Below are positions 19,397 to 30,755 of a stretch of DNA of 64,000 nucleotides, one piece after another (positions within the stretch are counted from its first letter, which is position 1; each line of letters starts with the position of its first letter). The notes beneath the pieces are model-generated. The model saw only the letters and a program-made list of their open reading frames with translations, ran no database searches and had not been told where the DNA came from. Made by a program: the position numbers and the translations under genes. The stretch is from an uncultured Acidobacteriota bacterium. Lineage in GTDB: Bacteria > Acidobacteriota > Thermoanaerobaculia > UBA5066. The DNA lies in assembly GCA_963779415.1 (NCBI GenBank), contig CAVZYA010000001.1, positions 1,824,001-1,888,000 of the forward strand. The letters are read 5' to 3'.

Positions 19397-20856
19397 GCCC
19401 TAAGTCCGGCCACGCCCTTCTCGATGGCGCCCGTCACCGAATACCCCGCTCCTCCGGACTCAGATTGCAGACCTGTACGCGGAACTTCCCGGCCGGTGTC
19501 CGGGCGATCTCGTCGACCAGATCTACGACCACCTCGACGTTGGTGCCGAGTCTCGCCTGGACGCCTTTCTTCATGTCGAACACGATCAGCATCCGAGAAT
19601 CCAGTTACGGGAACCGACCCGAATCCGGATGAGATTCCGGCGTTCCTGGACGATCTGCGCCTCTCGCATGTGGAGACCCGAATGAAAGATCGTGTCGAGT
19701 CCCCCGACCGGACTTCCTGCCGGCGTGTAAAGGAGATCGGCCGTGCGTCCTTCGAATCCTTTCAGAACGGGAAGGCGACGGCTGCATGGGCAGACCGACC
19801 GCCGAATCGGCCGCGAATCCGCGGTCACCGATTTCATAGCGAACCAGTGGCATGGCTTCATTTAGAAGTCCTGTACTCACGAGCCGGCCTACGCGCCCCG
19901 GCTCGACTGGCTCGTCCACATCATCCTTCGATCCATTCGGTGACGCCGATATCCGGCCAGAGGTGCATCACCCCTGCCGTACACTCACTGGCGGCGGCGA
20001 CGATTTCGGCCTGGCCGTACGTATCTCGAACCGGAGCTTGAAATGCGCGAGCGATGACATCGCGCTGATAGTCGAAAAGCGGCTCCGCATTGCTGAGGAC
20101 GACGGCCATCGGCGGCGCGACCAAGCCGCGCTCGATCACCCCGGCGGCAAGCGCCGCGAGGGCGGACGGATAGCCCAGCAGATATCGGATGTCATGGCGA
20201 GCCAGTGCCGAGACGTACGACGCCACGTTGCCGGGAGAGACGTGGTACGACGAGAGATAGAGTTGGTGAAGGGCGTGATTCCACACCCAGAACGGCGGCC
20301 GCTTCCGGTTTCCGGGCGTGACGCGCTGTCCGCCGCAGTTTGCCCAGCGGTCATGTCGCGAAACACCGTTCCAGGCCCTGAGGCGAGCCTCAATATGGCG
20401 AACCAGCCATGCTCGGTTCTCGCGAGAATGCCATAAGCTCAAGCGGCTTACCCGTGGTCCCGCTCGTCTCATCGAGAAGCAGCCCCCTGATGTCCGCAAT
20501 CGTCCGCGACAAAGGTTCGCGGACTTCTTCTAACCGACTCCTTTGAGAGAAGAGGCCAGTTCGCCAGGTCGTCCCAGGGCGCCCGATCTCCCGCCCGGCG
20601 GCGATGCGCCCACTGCTCCCGGTAGAACGGGACCCTCGTTGCCGCACGATGGAGAACCGTCCCAGATCGCTCCGCCTGCCACCGCGTCCATCTCTCTGGA
20701 GAGAACCCGTCCCTTTCGAGTGCCTCCGCTACGAGTCGGTCCGTCTCGCGGCCCATACCGCCATCGCCGTAGCCGATAGCCATGAAGGCTTGCGGCCAAT
20801 GTCTTTGCCGGATAAGGTGCCATCCGGTAGAGAGCGTGCGCCAGCCCGCTCAACAC
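19393..20856 (-). CDS. Phenylacetate-CoA-ligase-like adenylating enzyme (CapK family), broken by several frameshifts
   Basis: Fragments in successive frames: VPFYR...WPLL.KE, ETSGTTGKPL (adenylation P-loop), GYPSAL, E.L...QR..I...F, YGQAE, G.LV.TGLLN.AMPLVRYEIGD. Confidence 0.8.
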
Positions 20857-21968
20857 TCGCCACCCGCCGCACGTCGAAGCAGCGCCTCCCACATCGGAAA
20901 AACGAGGGACCAGTCACATCGGGTGACCCGTTCGCGGCCATTCCGCGAGAGGCTCGCCGCGAGATCCGGTTCCGACAGAACGCGTCGCACCGCATCCGCC
21001 ATCGCGTTCGGGTCGTTGGGCGGGACGAGAATCGCCTCCTTTTCGTTCTCGACCAGGTAGGGCATCCCGCCAGCCGAAGTCGACACGACACAAAGACCGC
21101 ATGCCATCGCCTCGAGCACGCTTACCGGGGCGTTGTCGACATTCGTCGTGTTGAGGAAGATGTCGCCTTCGTTCAGCCAGCGGCCGACTTCTACCTTGGG
21201 AACGCCCCCCGGAAACACGATGCGATCCGAGACCTGCAGCTCTACCGCAAGGCGCCTGGTCTCTTCCAGGCTCCCGTCGTGTTTATCGCGTCCCACCATC
21301 ACGAGTGAGATGTCGGGTACGTCCTGGGCGAGCTGCTGCACCACGCGTGGCGCCATCGCCGGGTTATAGATCCGATGGAACGCCCGCAGCCAGACGAGTC
21401 TTGGTGCTGCGGCACGACGAAGTCGGAAGGGGTAAAGAGATAGGTCCAGCGGATTCTCGAGGAGCTGAAGGTCTTCCCGGTAACCTCTCATTGCCTCGAA
21501 CAGGTACCGGGAGGGAACGGTGACGGCGGCTGCTCTCCGAAGCAGAGCCTGCACCCGGCGCCGTGCCGTCGCCGAGAAAGAGGGAAGGTCGCCTCCGCGG
21601 AGGGTGAAGACGACGGGCTTCCCTAGCATGTATGCCGTCCAGCCGACTGCCTCCCCCCACAGGAAGGCCGGTCCGCTGAAGAGGTCCACCACGGCTACGT
21701 CGTAGCTAAATCGCCGAAACAGCGCCGTCGTCACCATGTCCCAGCCGCGGGCGATCCGTCCGACCCGTCCTGAAGTCGTGACCAGTGACCAGCCGTGGCC
21801 CTCCAGACGCAGCGCGAGTTCCTCCATCACGGCCCGGCTTCCGCCTTCGTTTGACAGGAACGTCGCCACGAGAAGCAATCGGGGATTCTGGCCGCTGGTC
21901 GAATTTAGCCCCATTTTCGAGTCCCCCGCTTCCGGGCCTTCCGTTCCCCGTGCAGCTGCCTCCATCAA
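20850..21968 (-). CDS. Glycosyltransferase family 4
   Basis: PS.YL, LVWLRAFH.IYNP, DIFLNTT.VDNAPVSVLEAMACGL.VVST..GG; start may be 21914. Confidence 0.9.
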   Translation of the reverse strand: MMEAAARGTEGPEAGDSKMGLNSTSGQNPRLLLVATFLSNEGGSRAVMEELALRLEGHGWSLVTTSGRVGRIARGWDMVTTALFRRFSYDVAVVDLFSGPAFLWGEAVGWTAYMLGKPVVFTLRGGDLPSFSATARRRVQALLRRAAAVTVPSRYLFEAMRGYREDLQLLENPLDLSLYPFRLRRAAAPRLVWLRAFHRIYNPAMAPRVVQQLAQDVPDISLVMVGRDKHDGSLEETRRLAVELQVSDRIVFPGGVPKVEVGRWLNEGDIFLNTTNVDNAPVSVLEAMACGLCVVSTSAGGMPYLVENEKEAILVPPNDPNAMADAVRRVLSEPDLAASLSRNGRERVTRCDWSLVFPMWEALLRRAAGGEC

Positions 21969-22029
21969 TTCCTTCGCAACACTTCACCGCATCCTCATCC
22001 AAACGAACACCGAAACCTTCCGGCCCGCG

Positions 22030-22846
22030 TTACCCCGGACTTCTGATGAGGATCTTTCCATCGTCAACGGATACCGCTCGTTCCTTGAAGAATTCTAGCA
22101 GCTCCTCGTCATAAAACGCTCCGTACTTCTGGGCCCGGTTCAGGTGAAGATAGATGCGGCCGCCACGCTCAAGCAGGTTCTCCATCAAGTCGTCAAGCAG
22201 AAACTTCCATTCCCGACAACCCCAGGTGTTGTCTTCTGCATTACTGTCGCGTCGCCAAATTGAATGTCGTCCGAAATGCCGTGATCAGGTCAAACCGCCC
22301 TCCGAAAACCTCGGAAGCTTCTCCAGCGGTTTGATTCGCCACGCAGTCCGGCGAACGTTCAACGCCCTCACCATCTCATTGAATACCGCGAAATCCGGCA
22401 CATCGATCCCCTGCATCTCATGCCCAAACACGCTGCATACGTACGCGAAGTAGCCGGCCCCGCAGCCGATGTCCAGTATCCGGAGCGCCGGACCGCGCTG
22501 AAGCCCCAGGGAATAACAACGATACAAATTATAAAGCAGAAAGTAATTTGGCCGCAGGTACTCTGAATACTTCTCACGTTCCCGGACGTACCCGACCCGT
22601 ATTCGTCTCAGTGCGTCTCGATCCGCCCTTCGCCACATCAGAACGTAATCCCTGGCGAACGCGAAGGGATTCTCTTTCAACAGAAACGTAATCGCCTTTA
22701 TGATCTTCCGCAAAAAAGCTCCTTCTATTCTCGGACGCAGTCCCCATCCTTGAAGCACTCAAGATGCGACGTCTCCTGGTGAGCGAACGCGCTCGGCCGC
22801 AGCTTTCCGTCTCTTCGGGATCGGCCCGGGTGCCCAGTCGTTTCAT
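22030..22846 (-). CDS. Class I SAM-dependent methyltransferase, frameshifted (near 22298 and 22260; start uncertain)
   Basis: ILDIGCGAGYF motif I; next frame RFDLITAF; last frame W...EWKFLLDDL...LERGGRIYLHLN…, stop at 22030. DNA visibly more AT-rich than neighbours. Confidence 0.7.
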
Positions 22847-22987
22847 TCTGACACTTCATTAACATTTCGCAGCATTCGTGGGCCCCAGTCCGATAGCGCT
22901 CCAGTGTCGTCGTGCGGCGAAAACTCCCCACAACGAGAACTGCCGGGAATCCGGATCCTCCTGACGCAATTTCCAGCTTCGGTGCCG

Positions 22988-24349
22988 TCATCTTCGCCGT
23001 TCCTTCGGCTGCCCGGAAGATCGACCGATCCGGCACTGCGTCAACCCCATGGCAAACGCAGGCGCGGCGAGCCGCATCCCCGCGTGAAACATGAACAGAA
23101 AGGCCCACACAGCGAATGCGACCGCAAGCGCTCTTTCGAGGGGGCGTCGGTGATGCCCACCGGCCCTCCAGGCCATCATGATGAGACAAATAGCGGCACC
23201 GAAACCGAGCAGACCGTGTTCCGCCACGAGGCGCGTCCATTCCGTGTGGGCGGACGGTGCCCAGCTCAGCAAAGCAAACCGATTGGCAGCGCCCATCCCG
23301 GGCCCGACGCCGAGGATCGGATTCTGTTTCCAGATCATGAGGTCAGCCATTGCAATTTCATAACGACCCGACGTGTCCAGGTCCTGAAACCGGGCTTCCA
23401 GAGTACCCCCTGTGAACGACTTCAGGCCGGGAAGCACGAGAAAGACGGCGAGCCCGAGAGCAAAGGTCCCGCCGAAGAACAGGCGCCGGCGGGCACCCCG
23501 CTCTCGCACCAGAAATACCAAGGCAGCAGCCGCGGCGCCCGCGGCCGTATAGAGTCCGCCACGGGAGAACGTCAGAGCGCTCTGACACGCCAGGACGACC
23601 ATGAGCGAGAAGAAGATCGCTCTCAGCCATCCGGCACTGCGTATCGTCACCAGGAACAATAGCGACACGAGTGCTCCGAGCCCGAGAACCGACGACACCT
23701 GATTCGGCCCGTACCCACCGCTTGTGGCAAAATTCGACGCATCCGCGAAATCAAGTTCCGCAGCAGAAAATAGTCCCGAAAGCGCGATAGAACCAACGCT
23801 GATGGCGGGTCCCAGCATCGCCAGGAGTACAGCAGAGTACGTCGAGGCCGGCAACGTGAGCCGCGAGAAGAACCACGCGCATAGAGTGAGCGCCAACGGC
23901 CCCGACAGGTTGAAGCTGAGCCCGTTGAAGGCGATCCGCGGCCCGAGATTCCAGACGACGAGAAGGGACGACGGGAGCAAAAGCCCCAGGTAGGCGAATG
24001 GCAGCGCCATTCCGCGAAGCCGCCCCGAGCGGGCGATAGCAAGAGCAAGAACAAGGGCGAGGGCATACTTGGCGAACTCCCACGGTACCGACGCTCGCGT
24101 CATCCTCCAGAGGACGTCGCAGACGGCCACGTATCCGCCCCAGGCTGCGACACGGTCTTCGTGGCCGGCGACAGCCCAAACGAGCCCCAGAGCGAACACG
24201 AGAAAGGCATGAAGCGTCGAGACGAGCGGGTAGGCCCGCATGGCAAGACCCAGCGGGACGTGGACGAGCAGGAAGGCCGTCGCCCAGGCGGGCGTCACTC
24301 CGAAACTGCGCGGGGTGGGACCTGCCCCAGGTCGGTGGATCGTCGTCAT
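22988..24349 (-). CDS. O-antigen ligase/polymerase family protein (Wzy_C/WaaL-like)
   Basis: About 10-12 TM helices, GPNQ, LTFSRGG, SGR..I......W...PILGVGPG, AHTEW.R..AEHG..G; ATG 24349 overlaps the upstream stop. Confidence 0.88.
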   Translation of the reverse strand: MTTIHRPGAGPTPRSFGVTPAWATAFLLVHVPLGLAMRAYPLVSTLHAFLVFALGLVWAVAGHEDRVAAWGGYVAVCDVLWRMTRASVPWEFAKYALALVLALAIARSGRLRGMALPFAYLGLLLPSSLLVVWNLGPRIAFNGLSFNLSGPLALTLCAWFFSRLTLPASTYSAVLLAMLGPAISVGSIALSGLFSAAELDFADASNFATSGGYGPNQVSSVLGLGALVSLLFLVTIRSAGWLRAIFFSLMVVLACQSALTFSRGGLYTAAGAAAAALVFLVRERGARRRLFFGGTFALGLAVFLVLPGLKSFTGGTLEARFQDLDTSGRYEIAMADLMIWKQNPILGVGPGMGAANRFALLSWAPSAHTEWTRLVAEHGLLGFGAAICLIMMAWRAGGHHRRPLERALAVAFAVWAFLFMFHAGMRLAAPAFAMGLTQCRIGRSSGQPKERRR

Positions 24350-25504
24350 GGTGCCGGCGCCGCCGTACCCTCGGGCAGATCGAGCAGGGACCGCACGGCC
24401 TCGACGAAGCGCGAGTACGAGAAGAGTCCCGCCGCGGCGACGGCCCGCTGCGATTCGTCCTTCCATTCCGCCGGATGCCCCAGATACCATCTGACGGCGT
24501 CGACGAACGCCTGTTCGTCAGCCGCGGGATAGGCTCGACCTGTGCGAAATCGTTCCAGGTACTGAGGTATGCAGCTGACCCGTCCGGCCAGGGGGACGGC
24601 GCCATACGCCATACCTTCGCTGAGCACCTTGGGCCAGCCCTCCGACACCGAGGGCAGAAGGATAAAATGAGCCTGTCCCAGCAACGGCGTGAGTTCCGGT
24701 CGCGTACGCCAGCCGTGGAACCGCACGGAGTGGCGAACGTCGAGTTGATCGGAGAGGGCCTCGAAGGTGCCTCGCTGCGGACCGTCCCCGACGAGATCGA
24801 GGCTCGCGGCGACGTTCGAAGCGCGGAGCCGCTCCAGAATACAAATGGCGTGGCCGGCTCCCTTCTCCTTCTCGAGTCGCCCGACGAAGACAAGTCTCAC
24901 CGGGCCGCCAAGCGTCTTTTCCGCTGCTGCGCGACGGCCTTCCTCGAGTTCGGTATCCGTGAGGCAAGGGTTCAGAAACGAGCGCACATGTGCCGGCTGG
25001 TCTGGCCATTCGCCGTTCACCGTCACGAGACTTCGGGTTCGGCCCGAAAGCAGCCATCGCCGCTGAAGGCGATACGACCAGGGTTCGCGCCCGTCCGGCT
25101 TCCAGTTACCCGCATACTTGATCCAGCGCTTCACGACCCCGCGAACGAACGGCAGAAGCGCCACGGCGACCAGACTGATTCCCGCCGGGCAACGCACGTG
25201 AAGGACGTCGGCGTCGGTCGTCTCCCTCAGGATCGTCCGCACCCATCCGGGCGCCCGGAGCAGAATCCCAAGCTTTTCCCTCACTCCCTCTCCTCCGGCC
25301 GGCCGCACCGCCACGACGCGGACGCGTGCAGACGAGTACGGCAGGGCGCTTTCGGGTGCCGCCGCTCTCGTGAAGAGGCGCGATGTGCACGATCTCCCGA
25401 AAAAGCTCGGCGAGATGGTCGATTTCCCGCACGGTCGGTCCCCAGCCGACGGTCCCGATTGCCGACCTGTAGTGATGCGTATGAGAGACCACGACGAGTT
25501 TCAC
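24346..25504 (-). CDS. Glycosyltransferase family 4, frameshift near 25355
   Basis: N-terminus MKLVVVSHT.H in ORF 25106-25504; C-part FVGRL..EKG, GDG..R, LPS.SEGWPKVL.E.MAYG. Confidence 0.85.
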
Positions 25505-26662
25505 GCGCGCTCTCCCTGGGTAGCGACGACTTCGCGCAAAAGACGGTCGAACAGGAAGACGCTCCGATCCCAGGTCTGCTGCGAGATAGCGCGCGCACGC
25601 GCGGCGGCACCCATCGCCCGCCGCTTCCCGGAATCCGCGAGAAGATTCTGAATCGCCGCGGCCGTCGCGCCCACGTCGTTCTCGGGCACGACGATTCCGG
25701 TCCTTCCATCCTCAATTGCCTCGGCCAGACCCGAATTGCCCGTCACCACGGCCGGCCGACCGCAAAGGGCGGCTTCCACGACGGCGATGCCATACCCCTC
25801 GAAGTCTCCGCTCTCGTCGTGCCGGCTCGTCATGACGAAGAGGTCGCAGGCATTCATGAGCCCAACGAGGCGGGCGGAGCCCACGCGTCCGAGAAAGTGA
25901 ACGCGCTCCGCCACGCCCAGCTCGCGAGCCAGAGCGCTGAATTCACGTTCCTTCGTCGGCAGGCCGGCCATCACGTAATGGACGGCACCGGCGTCCCGAA
26001 GTTCTGCGAGCGCACGAATGACGATGTCCTGCCCCTTCCGCTCGCTCACGTGCCCCACCGTGAGAAGGATTCGCGCGTCAAACAGCCCGAGCGACTCTCG
26101 ACAACTGGCGATCTCGGCCTCCGGAAGCAACATGAACGTCGACGCGTCTCCTCCATTCGGAATGACGCGGCCCGCACGAGGAGTAATTCCCGCGCCGCAC
26201 ATCGCGTTCCAGGTGTACTGGCTGACGCACACGACAGCGTTCGTACGCTTGTAGGCACGGCGTGTCAGCGTCCGCTGGAGGCCCCGCACGCCGAATTCCG
26301 AGCCGTGCCCAATTGCGATCCACGGCCCCCTCCAGATCGGAGCGAGAAGCCCACAGAGCCATACCGCTCGAAGGCCTGTCGCGATGACCACGTCGGGCTC
26401 GACTTTCCGAAACTCTGCAATGCCGTCAAGAAACGTAGGAACGCCTGACCGGCCGCCATCGGAAAAGATTCCATGCGCACGATGCGAAACGACTGGCAGC
26501 GCATTGAATCGCGTCGACCTCATCCTCGGTCGCATAGTCCTGGCACGTGAGGACCGTGGCTTCCCAGCCAAGGGATGCGAGACCCTTTACGACGGAAAAG
26601 GCATGCGTCCCGATTCCTCCCGGCCCCGGCGGAAACTCGCTGGAGACGACGAGGAGACGCAT
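25501..26662 (-). CDS. Glycosyltransferase family 4 (PimA/PimB-like), frameshift(s) at ~26450-26510
   Basis: MRLLVVSSEFPPGPGGIG N-terminus; HGSE, TVG....RKGQD, DLFVM.SR....D.EG.GI...EA...G.P. Confidence 0.87.
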
Positions 26663-28316
26663 CAATCGTCCCCGGTCGTCCTGTCGACGAAGAAGTGAAG
26701 GGATCCTCGGAAACTCCGACAGCATCTGCTCCGATGCGCGAGCCCGGGCCCTCAGCGTCCTGACCGTATCCGGGAGAAGGAGCGTGGAAAAGAGCAGCTT
26801 CAGGATCCTGCGGAGCTTTCCTCCTCTGAGACCGAATGTGCCGAGGACGGTAATCCAGAACGCTCTCGCGTACCTGTCCGGGCATGAAGTATCGCCGTTC
26901 GAGATACATCTCCGTCACCGAGGGCAGCGCCCGATGAGTCAGGCGGGATCGGCTGCTCGCATAGGTCATCACGCGTGCTCCGTGCTTTCGCAGGCCCCCC
27001 TGTGGAGCGTGATGATGAAGCACGGAGATCGCGGGGTCCAACACCATCAAGGCGCCCGAGAGGTAGGTTCGCATTCCCAGATCGTGGTCGGCGCGCGGGC
27101 CGTGGTCGAACGCCAGGTCGAAGAGTCCGGAGCGGACCAGAACCTCCCGATCCACGAGCGTGTTGTTCGTGGGGAAGACGTCGCTCGTGCGGACGAAAGT
27201 GAAGGCTTCGGGCAGCGGGCCGGCTCCGACCTCGTCGGCGACGCCGCTCGATACCTCACAGCGAAAGCGGCAAAGGTTCATCATGTGCCGCTCGATCAGT
27301 TCCGGCGGGATCTCGTCGTCGTCGTCCAGAAAGAGGATGTAGTCGCCGGTTGCGGCCTGAAGGCCTGCATTCCGCGACCGGCACTGTCCGGCCTCGTCCA
27401 TCGTGATGACACGAAGGGGAAGAGCGGGAAATCGGGACTCGAGATCCGTGATTCGGTGTTCCCGAGCCGTCTGGTCCACGACGATGACCTCGTGCGGCGG
27501 AATAGTCTGCTTTCCGATCTGATCGAGCAGTTTCAGAAGGTAGGGATAGCGATCCACCGTCGGTATGAGTACGGTGACGCGGGCGGTTGGGGGCGCCCCT
27601 TCGCCTCCGGACTCCGTGCGGCGATATGTCGGCAGCGGTTGCAACGCCCGAAGGTCGGCAAACCGACGGGAGGCTGAAATCGCGTCCACAGCTCCCACCG
27701 TTCCCGACAGAACGGCGCGGGTGAGCGCCCAGCGGGCCCAACGGCGACCGAAACCAAGCGCAACGAACCGCAGCTCATCCTCGAGAGGAAGGATCAAGGG
27801 TCCCGAGGATGACGACGCACCCGGCCCCAGCAGCGTGGGAACGTGCCGAACGAACGCGCCGCGAGATACGAGCCGGTGTCCCAGCTCGAGCGCAGCTCCC
27901 GCTATCGTCAGGAAGTCCGCTCTCACTCCTCCGAGCTGGAGAAGAGCGTCGGTGCGCGCCAGACATGCGCCGAGAGATAACCGCCAGGATGTCGCCTCGA
28001 TTGCGACATCGGGGTTCCGGTTCAGCATCCATGTCGGCGCAACGAAATCGATGAGCTTCGGAACGTCCCCCATGCCCAGCGCGAGGCCTGCGTGCCACAC
28101 GTCCCCCGGTCTGCTCAGCAACCGGTCGAAACTCCCGATGCCCGGGACGGGTCCCGAAGCCGGCATCCAGAAGAGAATCCACGGGGCGCGATCCCGGTTG
28201 CCGGCTATTTCGTCAAGAACCCTCGCGACATCGGCGGGAGACGGGTTCGCCACGAGGACCGAGCCATGCGCCCAAGCCGGGCGATTCCGCCGCGGGCCCG
28301 AGCCAGACGAGGTCAA
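26660..28316 (-). CDS. Glycosyltransferase family 2 with extra N-terminal domain; C-terminus frameshifted (~26850)
   Basis: VTVLIPT..R, EVIVVD, RNAG...A.GDYILFLDDD, G.FD..F....AD.DLG.R; N-terminal half looks like a degenerate GT-A domain. Confidence 0.85.
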
Positions 28317-28325
28317 TCGGCGCCG

Positions 28326-29553
28326 TCATGCGCCCATGAGCCTCGCGTAAGCCTGGTCGAACGCCGCAATCTGGTCCCCGATGCGGAACAGCTCCAGCAC
28401 TCGTCTCCGGCCTGCCCTTCCCATCCGCTCCCGAAGCGAGGGATCTGCCGCCAGGCGGGACACACCCCGTGCGAGCGCCTCCGGATCCCTTCGCGGCGCG
28501 ACGAAACCCGTTACACCGTCCGCGACGTTCTCCACCAGGCCGCTGGCATCGGTGCAGACAATCGGGAGCTGCATCGCCTGCGCCTCTATGACCGCGTTGC
28601 AGAAGCCCTCCGAAACGGCGGCATGGAGGAACAGGTCGGCCCAGAGCATCTCGCCCCTCACCGCGGCGGGCGAGACGGCACCGAGAAGGCTCACGGAATC
28701 GTCGAGGCCCATTTCGTGACGTGAGTAAGCAATGGCGTCAGAATAGTATCCATCGCCCACGATCCGGTACTCGACGCAGATCCCGGCTCTCCGCAGCAGA
28801 CGAACCGCCTCCAGGGCGTCTTCGTATCCCTTTTGCCACACGAGCCGCCCGACGCCGAGGATCCGGAGGGGTCGCTCCGGCGTTCCAACAACGCTCGCCG
28901 TCTGACGTTCACCCGGATCGAAAAAAGCCGTATCGATTGCCGGAGGGATCAGGACATGCTCCTTGTCGGCAGGGCATCCCCGCCGCACCGCCCTTCGCCA
29001 GAGATCCTCCCCCAGGCAATGGACGAGATCCACTTCCCGAAAGACTTCTGCGTAGTAATGCGGCTCTTCGAGTCCCGCGAAATTCACGTCGAAGCCGCGA
29101 AAACTCGCCGACATCCGGCAACCCAACAGTTCCTTCAGATACGTCTTCCCGACGGCCAGCGTGCCGAATTCGAAATGAACGAGGTCCGGCGAGAGCCGTA
29201 TCAGGATCGCATCCAGGTAAAGCCGCTTCAGACTGCTCCAGCCGTCTCTCAGAGCACCGCGGAGCAGAAATCCGCCCCGTGGCCCGCGGGTTGTACAACA
29301 TGCACGAACCGATGGCCGCGGGCGCCAAAGCCGCGGCAAGCATTCGGCGTCCGGCGGGCCACGCCACATGCACGCGTCCCTCGAGAGCCGCCGCCACACT
29401 GCTCGGGAAGTGCCGCCACTCCTCGCGATCGCTTCTGCGGCAAGCGATGTGGACATCCCAGCCGGCCTCGAGAAGTCCTGTCGCCTTCGAAACAATGAAG
29501 GTCTCGGACAGCTTCGGGAAAGCGTGTAAGACGAGAATCAGGCGTGCCCGCAC
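28326..29553 (-). CDS. Glycosyltransferase family 4 (WcaL-like), frameshift near 29270
   Basis: FPKLSETFI N-terminus; H.EFG, SFRG.D, VGRL.W.KGY, SEGF.NAVIEAQAM.LP.V.TD..G..E. Confidence 0.88.
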
Positions 29554-30755
29554 TTGCGCACTTCCTCGAGGAGCTCCGTGAACCTCTGAACCTGGCTTGC
29601 CAGCGTGAATTCCCTCAGGATGCGATCCCTCGCGGCCGCCCCCATCCGGACGCGAAGTTCCGCATCCGCGGCAAGACGCTCCAGCGCCCTGGCCATCTGT
29701 CTCACGCCGCGTACGGGCACCACGAACCCTTCCACGCCGTCCGAGACCGCCTCGCGCATACCACCGCAATCCGTCGTGACGATCGGAAGCCCGGTCGCCA
29801 TCGCCTCGAGGGCGGCGTTCGAGATGCCCTCGCTTACGCTCGAGAGGAGGAACAGATCGGCGTTCCGCAGCCGCTCGGCAACGTCCTCGGGAGGCAGTTC
29901 CCCGGAAAGACGGACGCGTCCCGAAAGCCCAAGATCCTCGATATCGAATAGAAGACGCTGACGGTCGGCTCCTTCTCCCAGGATCTCGAGCTCGATGTCG
30001 GCTCCCGAGTCTCTCGCGGCACGCAGACTTCGAAGCGCGTACTCGAAGCCCTTCCTCCATGTAAGAGAGCCGACGGCGATTACGCGCAGCGGCCCGGCCG
30101 CGGTGCGCCGCCCGGCCTGCGGGAAGAACTTCCCGGGATCCACCGCGGGCCGGATGACTCTCGACTTCGCCGGGTCCAGGCCGTACGAACTGGCTTCGGC
30201 CTCGATCGCTTTCGAGACGCAATGGACGGCGGCCGCACGGGAGAAGGTGGCTCGCAGCCCGTCCCGAAGATCCTGGCGGTCCGGGTCGAGCGGCCCGATG
30301 TTCACCTGAGATCCCCGGCAGCTCAGGAGGACCGGGACCCCGAGATCGAAAAGGGCAGAGTGGAGAATCGCCGCAGAATTCCACGGAAAGTAGATCACGT
30401 CAGCCTTTCGTCCGACGTACGGAAGAAGCTGATTCCAGGCCCGAAGCCGAGGCACGCCTCGCGGGAGGGCAGCGACGTGCGGTCTGAGAAGGCTGAGATC
30501 TTGGCGGCCCCCGATAGTGGCCTCCAAGGCCATCTCTGCGAGATGGAGCAGGCGACGCGGGATCGGGTCGTTCCAGGCAGGCGAGCGCAGCCATCTGACC
30601 CCGTTCGTCCGCAGCCATGTCGAGTCCGGCGCCACGCGCAATGCAAGCATGATCTCCACGCCCGCGCCCGCGAGCCCCTCGAAGAGACGCTCGAGAAACG
30701 TCTCGAGAGGCCACGAGCAACCTGCGACGAGGAGGCGGAGAGGCCGCTCAGCCAT
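29538..30755 (-). CDS. Glycosyltransferase family 4 (WcaL-like)
   Basis: ETFL, SCRGSQ, VG.L.WRKGFE, SVSEGISNA.LEAMA.GLP.V.TD.GG..E. Confidence 0.9.
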   Translation of the reverse strand: MAERPLRLLVAGCSWPLETFLERLFEGLAGAGVEIMLALRVAPDSTWLRTNGVRWLRSPAWNDPIPRRLLHLAEMALEATIGGRQDLSLLRPHVAALPRGVPRLRAWNQLLPYVGRKADVIYFPWNSAAILHSALFDLGVPVLLSCRGSQVNIGPLDPDRQDLRDGLRATFSRAAAVHCVSKAIEAEASSYGLDPAKSRVIRPAVDPGKFFPQAGRRTAAGPLRVIAVGSLTWRKGFEYALRSLRAARDSGADIELEILGEGADRQRLLFDIEDLGLSGRVRLSGELPPEDVAERLRNADLFLLSSVSEGISNAALEAMATGLPIVTTDCGGMREAVSDGVEGFVVPVRGVRQMARALERLAADAELRVRMGAAARDRILREFTLASQVQRFTELLEEVRKCGHA

